From Candidatus Bathyarchaeia archaeon (GTDB lineage: Archaea > Thermoproteota > Bathyarchaeia > Bathyarchaeales > Bathycorpusculaceae): a stretch of 64,000 nt of DNA. Positions 57,676 through 64,000 of the stretch are shown piece after piece. Under the pieces are notes generated by a model that was not told the origin of the DNA, made no database searches, and saw only the letters and a list, made by a program, of their open reading frames with translations. The stretch's first letter is position 1, and the number at the start of each line of letters is the position of its first letter. Where the stretch lies: NCBI GenBank assembly GCA_038727135.1, contig JAVYWL010000001.1, positions 672,001 through 736,000 on the forward strand, given 5' to 3'. The position numbers and the translations under genes were made by a program.

Positions 57676-59787
57676 ATGGTCTGTGCCGGCATGGGGAAAT
57701 ACACGTTCATTATTACGGAGAAGCCGGATGCTGCTCAAAGGATAGCTTCAGCTCTTGACTTGAAGGGTAAAGCCAAAAAAATGGAAGAAAACGGCGTCCC
57801 CTACTACATAGCGGAAAGAGATAGGCAGATAATCGTTGTTCCGGCTATCGGACACTTGTACACGGTTGCCGAGGAGAAAAGTGGGAGAAATTATTATCCA
57901 GTTTTCAGTTTTCGTTGGGTTCCCCGTTATGTGGCGGAGAGGGGCGCAAAGCAAATTCGTGTCTGGCTTGAAACAATCTCAAAGCTTGCCAGAGATGCCG
58001 ACACATACATTGATGCGTGCGACTACGACATTGAGGGAAGCATAATCGGCTACTGCATTCTAAAGTATGCGTGCGGCAACAAGGAAGGCGTCGCCAAAAG
58101 AATGAAGTATTCCACGTTAACCAAGGAGGAGCTGGAAAAATCCTATGCGGAACTGCTGCCAAAACTTGACTTCGCCCTCATAGAGGCCGGAAAAACAAGA
58201 CATGAAATTGACTGGCTTTACGGCGTCAACCTCTCCAGGGCATTAACAATAGCCGCGAAGGACTGGAGTGGAAAATATGCCACATTAAGCACTGGCAGAG
58301 TGCAAGGTCCAACCCTGAGATTCCTTGTTGCCAGAGAAAAGGCGATAAGGTGTTTTGTGCCAACGCCTTACTGGCAGATTAGGGCTGAAATCGAAATCGA
58401 CGGGCAAGTTTTCGAGGCTGAATATGAGAAGGACGTAATTGAAACTAAAAAAGAGGCCAACGCGGTAGTGGACGCTTGTAAGGGAAAAGACGGTGTGGTT
58501 GAAAACATTGAAGTTAAACAGTTCCAGCAGATGCCGCCAACACCCTTCGACATTGGCGCATTGCAAAGCGAAGCCTACAGCCTCTTTGGCTATACGCCCC
58601 GACGAACTCTAGACATTGCCCAGCGCCTGTACCTGGATGCCTTAATCTCATATCCCAGAACAAGTAGCCAAAAACTCCCACCAGCAATAAATTATGAGGC
58701 AATATTGAAAAGCCTAAGCGGAGTCTCTGAATACGGAAAGCTCGCAGCGGAACTCCTAGCCAAAAAAGAGCTTAAACCAAACGAGGGGAAAAAGGAAGAT
58801 CCAGCGCACCCAGCCATATACCCAACTGGAAACCTTCCTGAAAGGGTGCTTGAAGAGCCTGAAAGACGAATATGGGACCTTGTTGTTAGACGGTTTATGG
58901 CCGTTTTCGGAGAGCCAGCCATAAGACAAAGCCTAAAAGTTTGCATAAACGTTGACGGACAAAGATTCTTCTTACGGGGTAGACAAACATTAAAGGAAGG
59001 TTGGCTACGCTTCTACGAGCCATACGTAAGATCAGAGGAGGTTCTTCTGCCACCACTAGAAGAAGGACAAAGACTTAGGGTTAGAAGGGTTATCTTAGAA
59101 GACAAGTTCACAAAGCCGCCTCCAAGGTATAATCCGGGCAGTTTGCTCAAGAAGATGGAGGAGGTTGGCATAGGGACTAAGGCAACCCGCGCAGATATCA
59201 TACAAACATTATATGACCGCAAATATGTCCGAGACGAGAGAATGGTTGTAACAGATTTAGGTTTCGAAGTTCTCGAAGTTCTAAAGCGGCACTGTCCCCC
59301 AATTGTTTCAATAGGGCTGACAAGAAAACTTGAAGAGAGAATGGATAAGATTCAATCCAACCAAGAAAAGCGCGAAAACGTCCTGTTAGACGCCATTGAA
59401 ATCCTAAAGCCTGTTGTTGAAGGACTCAAAGCAAAAGAGAAAACCATAGGCGAACAGCTAAGCAACGCAATAAAAAGGGCAAGGCTTGAGGAAAGGATTG
59501 TGGGACAATGTCCCCTCTGCGGCACTGGCATGCTAATGATACTCTATTCGAGAAAGACTGGGAAGCGCTTTATCGGATGCACAAACTTCTTCAAAAAGCA
59601 GTGTAATGCCGCCTTTCCGCTCCCTCAAAGGGGAATAGCCCGCCCTCTTGGGAGAAATTGTCGTGGATGTGGTTGGCCAACTGTTCAGGTTCGTATTAAG
59701 GGTAGGCGCCCTTGGAACTTGTGTTTTAATCTTAAATGCCCGTTAAAAATGGAGCGAAGAAACGTTGAAATGCGCAATATGCAGTAG
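57676..59787 (+). CDS. topA: DNA topoisomerase type IA with C-terminal zinc ribbons
   Basis: TEKP, GHL, DYDIEG, GRVQ, ISYPRT catalytic Tyr, AHPAI, GIGTKATR. Confidence 0.95.
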   Translation: MVCAGMGKYTFIITEKPDAAQRIASALDLKGKAKKMEENGVPYYIAERDRQIIVVPAIGHLYTVAEEKSGRNYYPVFSFRWVPRYVAERGAKQIRVWLETISKLARDADTYIDACDYDIEGSIIGYCILKYACGNKEGVAKRMKYSTLTKEELEKSYAELLPKLDFALIEAGKTRHEIDWLYGVNLSRALTIAAKDWSGKYATLSTGRVQGPTLRFLVAREKAIRCFVPTPYWQIRAEIEIDGQVFEAEYEKDVIETKKEANAVVDACKGKDGVVENIEVKQFQQMPPTPFDIGALQSEAYSLFGYTPRRTLDIAQRLYLDALISYPRTSSQKLPPAINYEAILKSLSGVSEYGKLAAELLAKKELKPNEGKKEDPAHPAIYPTGNLPERVLEEPERRIWDLVVRRFMAVFGEPAIRQSLKVCINVDGQRFFLRGRQTLKEGWLRFYEPYVRSEEVLLPPLEEGQRLRVRRVILEDKFTKPPPRYNPGSLLKKMEEVGIGTKATRADIIQTLYDRKYVRDERMVVTDLGFEVLEVLKRHCPPIVSIGLTRKLEERMDKIQSNQEKRENVLLDAIEILKPVVEGLKAKEKTIGEQLSNAIKRARLEERIVGQCPLCGTGMLMILYSRKTGKRFIGCTNFFKKQCNAAFPLPQRGIARPLGRNCRGCGWPTVQVRIKGRRPWNLCFNLKCPLKMERRNVEMRNMQ

Positions 59788-59992
59788 GGACGCCGTCGAA
59801 AACGGATATTGCGAGCTACACGCCAGAGCCTATCAGAGTATTCTGAAGAAGTACGAGGTTTGGAAGAAAGCCTTGGAGATTTCTTGGAAAGAGTATTTAA
59901 GTGAGATTGTTAAGAATCCTTTTACCGGTGAATGGGCTAAAGAGGTGGCAGAGCACCTAATAAAAATTGGGGATGAAAAGGGTGGCACGTAA
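59765..59992 (+). CDS. Small C3H zinc-binding hypothetical protein
   Basis: CAIC..YCELH motif; overlaps both neighbours in an operon. Confidence 0.7.
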   Translation: MKCAICSRDAVENGYCELHARAYQSILKKYEVWKKALEISWKEYLSEIVKNPFTGEWAKEVAEHLIKIGDEKGGT

Positions 59993-60407
59993 AGTCAAAA
60001 AAACAGCAGTTTCACTTTCCTATTCCTTACAGAAGCTGTATACAAAAATATCAACAGCTAAGCCCTCAACATTAGCCCTCGCCGTAATCGCCATGGCTAT
60101 TGCCATTTTCCTATATGGAGGCGGACTACATTTAATCATTGTGAAACCTCTTCCGGCTGTCTATTATGGTGGACGTTTCCTCTTCGTTTATCCACAGTTG
60201 TCTGAGCAGTGGGTTTCAGACAGCCTCGTCGCCATGATCCTATTTGCCATGGGCGCTGCCGGCACCATGTTCATTTATCAAAGCACCAAATACGCCTACA
60301 AGCCTAGACAAGCATACTTAACGTTGATGATAGGCGCCATCCTCTTTCTTATTGCGTTTATTGGTTTAGAGGCTATACTAAACTGGAAGCTACGTGGAAC
60401 GGTGTAG
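59967..60407 (+). CDS. OSTC/DC2 (OST3/OST6 family)-like 3-TM protein
   Basis: FLYGGGL..IIVKP..F...LSEQWVSDSL..ILFAMGAAG...L.IG..L...LNWKL parallels the eukaryotic DC2 layout as recalled. Confidence 0.7.
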   Translation: MGMKRVARKVKKTAVSLSYSLQKLYTKISTAKPSTLALAVIAMAIAIFLYGGGLHLIIVKPLPAVYYGGRFLFVYPQLSEQWVSDSLVAMILFAMGAAGTMFIYQSTKYAYKPRQAYLTLMIGAILFLIAFIGLEAILNWKLRGTV

Positions 60408-60414
60408 CCTTTCC

Positions 60415-60921
60415 TTACCATGGACTACTTTTCAATCCAAGCTTGTAAGCCACAAAATTTGTTGCCATATGCAGTGGAGGCGTTAAAATAAGCACAGCCA
60501 ACGCAAGCTCAAGATATAAGATGTTGAGCGGAATGGAGAATATCAAGGCTCCAACAACAAAGTCCACCTGGTCCACGATGGGCAAAAGCCCGCCTGGCGG
60601 TATCCCCAGCCTCCTTTTTAAGAAGGCTCCAGCCAAATCGCCAATTAAAGCGCCTAGAGATAATAGGAAGCCAAAATAGCCTATGCTCTGGTATTCTTGG
60701 AAAACTGTGGCTTCTGCGAAGCCAGCTATTGTTCCAATGGCCAGTCCGGAGAAAAAGCCTCTAAAGGTTTTGTTTTTCCCAAAGATTGGTTTTCCATCGA
60801 AGAATTTTCTTCCAAGGTCTAGGGGTAGACCTCCGCCGGTGAGCACGGGTATGGCGTTGGCGCAGTAGGCTGGAAATATGAATTTTATGGCTTCGGCAAT
60901 AAGTTTCACTATTGTGTTCAT
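60415..60921 (-). CDS. carS: CDP-archaeol synthase
   Basis: PAYCANA.P, PLD.G, G.NKT.RG, GDL..FLKRR, DQVDF, K..PW. Confidence 0.94.
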   Translation of the reverse strand: MNTIVKLIAEAIKFIFPAYCANAIPVLTGGGLPLDLGRKFFDGKPIFGKNKTFRGFFSGLAIGTIAGFAEATVFQEYQSIGYFGFLLSLGALIGDLAGAFLKRRLGIPPGGLLPIVDQVDFVVGALIFSIPLNILYLELALAVLILTPPLHMATNFVAYKLGLKSSPW

Positions 60922-60924
60922 CTT

Positions 60925-61647
60925 TTAACCTTCATGCTGTTGTGGGTGTTCGCATAGTCCTTTTTCGCCTATTTCTGCGTAACATGTGAATGGCTCAGCC
61001 ATTTTTCCCTTTTTCTCCACAATTACCCTAACAACTTTTGGATTTTCCGTTGGTTTCATTGCAACTATTGTGTTTGCCCAAAACTTCAACACCCTCGTGG
61101 CTACCGGTTCAATATCCAAATAAGCCTCGTCAAAGACGCTTCTAACTTGGCTTAGGACGAGAACTGCCAATTTCTGTGTTTTTGCAGTTTGCGCCAGCAA
61201 AGCCATCTGCCTGTTCAGTTCGCGGTTTAGCTCAAAGGTTTTGTCTGGTCTTTCTGCCACTTCCATGCGGTACAAGGAGGTTGCGGTGTCTACTACGACG
61301 AGTCCGAAGTTTTTGGTTATGTAGTTGGCTAGCTGGTCTATGACAAGGGCTTGTTCCTTGAAGCTTTTCGGTCTCGCAAGTATTATGAGCTCCGCCACCT
61401 TTTCAGCATCCTCGGAGGCAATCTGCGAAAGTCTTCTGGCGGAGAACGTGCCATCACAGTCTACAAAAAATGTTTTGAACCCTTGCTTTGCACAGCTGAC
61501 TGCACATTGTATTGCCAGGGTTGTTTTGGCTGTTTCCGCCTCTCCATATATTAGGCTGACTTCGCCTATGGTGAAGCCTCCTTCGAGGGCTTTGTCAAGC
61601 ATTTTGATGCTTGTTGGTATTTTCTGTAGCAATGGCACGCACATCAA
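60925..61647 (-). CDS. radB: DNA repair protein RadB
   Basis: LD.AL.GG, degenerate Walker A GEAETAKT, VVVD, LYR.E, SQV. Confidence 0.85.
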   Translation of the reverse strand: MMCVPLLQKIPTSIKMLDKALEGGFTIGEVSLIYGEAETAKTTLAIQCAVSCAKQGFKTFFVDCDGTFSARRLSQIASEDAEKVAELIILARPKSFKEQALVIDQLANYITKNFGLVVVDTATSLYRMEVAERPDKTFELNRELNRQMALLAQTAKTQKLAVLVLSQVRSVFDEAYLDIEPVATRVLKFWANTIVAMKPTENPKVVRVIVEKKGKMAEPFTCYAEIGEKGLCEHPQQHEG

Positions 61648-61704
61648 TAGATATAAGGTTCGAGATAATAATTTGTTGTTGAAAAGCGTTACTAGGAAGG
61701 TTGT

Positions 61705-63639
61705 ATGAGAGAGAAAGTGGCGGTGGCAACTGTTTCAGGGAAAGCCTATTACCTAATAGTTAATGAGTTGAAGAAAGCCAACGTGCCCTTCATAAGCCTA
61801 ACACCCTACGAGCCCATACCCTTAGAGATAAAAGTCGTGATAACCACTGAAAAGGAGCGCCCCCACATAAACCATGAAAACGTCCTAATTTTTAAAGATG
61901 GAATGGACCTGCAAGCTTTAGTGAACCAGACACTGCAATTTATTGAGGGGAAAGAATCCTACGAGCAAATAGTTATAGGTGTTGATCCCGGCGAAGTTTT
62001 GGGCTTGGCTGTTCTGGCTGACGGGAAAGTTATTAGGACTGGAAACTGTTTTGGCATAAATGAAACGCTAAACGAGATAGAGAACATTATAAACAGCTTT
62101 AAGGATATTAGGGCGTCCATGATCGCCGTTAAGGTTGGTGATGGCATACCTGAATACAAAGAAAGGCTTTTACAAGCTCTTGATAAGAGGCTGCCCTCCA
62201 ACATAGTTTTGGAAAGCGTCAGCGAAGCTGGAACAGACCGATATATAAGCGACTCAAAGCATAGGAGAGGTTTAAGAGACATAGTTTCAGCCATAAAAAT
62301 TGCCAGAAGAAACGGGCAAGTTTACGCTAGGAGAGAAATAATGGACATAAACGTTGCATATGGAAAAACCCTACTAGTCGATGGACCAGCATCCGTTACG
62401 CTGGTTTCCGGCAAGGCTGAGGTTTTCGGCTATACGTTGCGGAACATGGAAAAGGTCGTAATAAGGGACGGGAAAAGAATGCCCTTCTTCGTAAAAGAAC
62501 CAGCAACCTTCAATGTAGCACTTGGCGAAAACGCAAACGTTGAGGAGGTTGATGGGAACACAATTCCCCCCTCATGGGATGAAGCCTACAGAGAGCTTTC
62601 AACGGTTCAGAAAAAACCCGCCATCGCCCTAGTGCTGGGAACAGTGGATTCTGGCAAGACGAGTTTCTGCACTTACTTAGTGAATAGGCTTTTAAATGAA
62701 AAGCACAAAGTAGCCATTCTGGACGGCGATTTAGGACAGTCAGATATTGGTCCTCCATGCACTTTGGCTTATACCCTCGTGTCACGGCATGTTACAGACC
62801 TCTTCAACCTAGAAGCCAAAAACGCCTTCTTCGTCGGCTTAACATCGCCAAGCAAGGCTGTGGAAAAAGTAATTCATGGACTGACGTTGCTGAAAAGCGA
62901 AATCTTGGATAATAACCCGGACTTTATTATTGTAAACACTGATGGCTGGGTAGAAGGAGAAGATGCGGTACGCTATAAGGTTCAGCTTATAGAAAAGATC
63001 GAACCAGACATAATCTATTGCATACAGCAAAATGAAAAGCTGAAACCCCTATTAGAGGCTGTTAAGGACTTCCGAACAGTGATTATTGATTCACCTCAAA
63101 CCATAAAACAACGGAGCAGAGACAAGCGCCGAAGCCTCAGAGAGCTGGGCTACATAAAATATCTAAAAAATTCAAAGGTTCAGTCCATACCGATGAGCTG
63201 GCTTAAAATTGAAAGCGAAGAAATTTTGGTTCCAGGCAAGAACTTTTTTGACAAGAGACGGGAAAGGGAAATTTACGACTTGCTGGGGATGAAACCCTTA
63301 TTCATGGTTGAGCTTAAGGACAGAGTCTATGTGGTCATTGGCAGAAACCGATGGATAAACCCTGAAAACATCAGAAGAACCGAAGAAGTCCTCGGCAAAA
63401 AGGTTGTGGTTACATTTAAGGGTGATGAGAGGGGCTTGCTTTTAGCCCTATACAACGACGAGAAAAAGTTTCTCGGCATAGGCGTTTTAAGGGAAATCGA
63501 CTACAGAAGAAAAGTCGTAAAAATTTTCACGCCAGTTTCCAGCGGCATATCAACGGTCGTCTTTGGAAAGGTGAAGTTGGACGAAAATCTGAAAGAGGTT
63601 CCGCCTCCAATAATTGAGGAGAGCGTCAAACCTCCCTAG
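61705..63639 (+). CDS. RNase H-fold (YqgF/RuvC-like) domain fused in frame to Clp1/Grc3 polynucleotide 5'-OH kinase
   Basis: N-part IGVDPG..GLAV, KVGDG, SEAGT, RDIVSA; C-part GTVDSGKT, DGDLGQSDIGPP, NTDGW, RRSLRE. Confidence 0.85.
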   Translation: MREKVAVATVSGKAYYLIVNELKKANVPFISLTPYEPIPLEIKVVITTEKERPHINHENVLIFKDGMDLQALVNQTLQFIEGKESYEQIVIGVDPGEVLGLAVLADGKVIRTGNCFGINETLNEIENIINSFKDIRASMIAVKVGDGIPEYKERLLQALDKRLPSNIVLESVSEAGTDRYISDSKHRRGLRDIVSAIKIARRNGQVYARREIMDINVAYGKTLLVDGPASVTLVSGKAEVFGYTLRNMEKVVIRDGKRMPFFVKEPATFNVALGENANVEEVDGNTIPPSWDEAYRELSTVQKKPAIALVLGTVDSGKTSFCTYLVNRLLNEKHKVAILDGDLGQSDIGPPCTLAYTLVSRHVTDLFNLEAKNAFFVGLTSPSKAVEKVIHGLTLLKSEILDNNPDFIIVNTDGWVEGEDAVRYKVQLIEKIEPDIIYCIQQNEKLKPLLEAVKDFRTVIIDSPQTIKQRSRDKRRSLRELGYIKYLKNSKVQSIPMSWLKIESEEILVPGKNFFDKRREREIYDLLGMKPLFMVELKDRVYVVIGRNRWINPENIRRTEEVLGKKVVVTFKGDERGLLLALYNDEKKFLGIGVLREIDYRRKVVKIFTPVSSGISTVVFGKVKLDENLKEVPPPIIEESVKPP

Positions 63640-64000
63640 CTATTCAATTTTGGACGGGCATAATCTTTTAAGTGGGCATGGCTTACAGAGGGGTTTTATG
63701 GCTTTGCAGTATTTCCTCCCCAGCAAAATCAAGAGTATGTGAACCTCAAGATAGTCTTCGGGCTTGTACAATTTTTGGAGGGATTCGCGGACACATTCAT
63801 AATCCCCATCAGCGGGTGCAAGTCCAAGCCTCTTTGAAACGCGGTTCACATGCGTGTCCACAGGGATTGTTGGCTTATTCGCCGAGAAAAGCAGTAAAAC
63901 GTCAGCGGTTTTTGGACCAACACCCGGCAACGTCATAAGGGTTTCTCTTGCCTTTTCAAAGGGCAAAGCTAAAATCGTCTCGAGTTTTCCGCCAAATTTT
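63640..64000 (-). CDS. nth: Endonuclease III (5' part outside window)
   Basis: HhH LPGVGPKTAD, VDTHV.R, C-x6-C-x2-C-x5-C; frame open to window edge. Confidence 0.93.
   Translation of the reverse strand, partial: KFGGKLETILALPFEKARETLMTLPGVGPKTADVLLLFSANKPTIPVDTHVNRVSKRLGLAPADGDYECVRESLQKLYKPEDYLEVHILLILLGRKYCKAIKPLCKPCPLKRLCPSKIE

Overview
Gene-dense archaeal chromosomal segment, most consistent with Bathyarchaeia (TACK). This is inferred from PolB1, a TackOD1-domain protein, AglB with an AglH-type transferase, CarS, RadB, prefoldin beta, eL41, EndoQ and archaeal TATA/GGAGGTG signals. About 55 genes, almost all housekeeping or metabolic: peptide fermentation (aminotransferase, W-AOR, two MoeA, TldD/PmbA, S8 protease), an alpha-glucan cluster (GH57 plus GT4s), gap-pgk, gcvH and gcvT, an ECF module and a separate QueT, a type IV pilus operon, N-glycosylation and lipid genes, and DNA replication/repair genes. 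I saw no tRNA, rRNA, CRISPR array or transposase. Three small genes absent from the ORF track were found by reading: eL41 and two zinc-finger microproteins. The best novelty candidate is a fully structured 5' leader of queT whose pseudoknot would sequester the Shine-Dalgarno, with preQ1-II-riboswitch-like topology, in an archaeon. Next are a structured proS leader, an OSTC/DC2-like membrane protein near aglB, an RNase H-fold/Clp1 kinase fusion, a nested-domain giant pilin and eL41 with a possible AUC start. All family calls come from motif recognition, not database searches.
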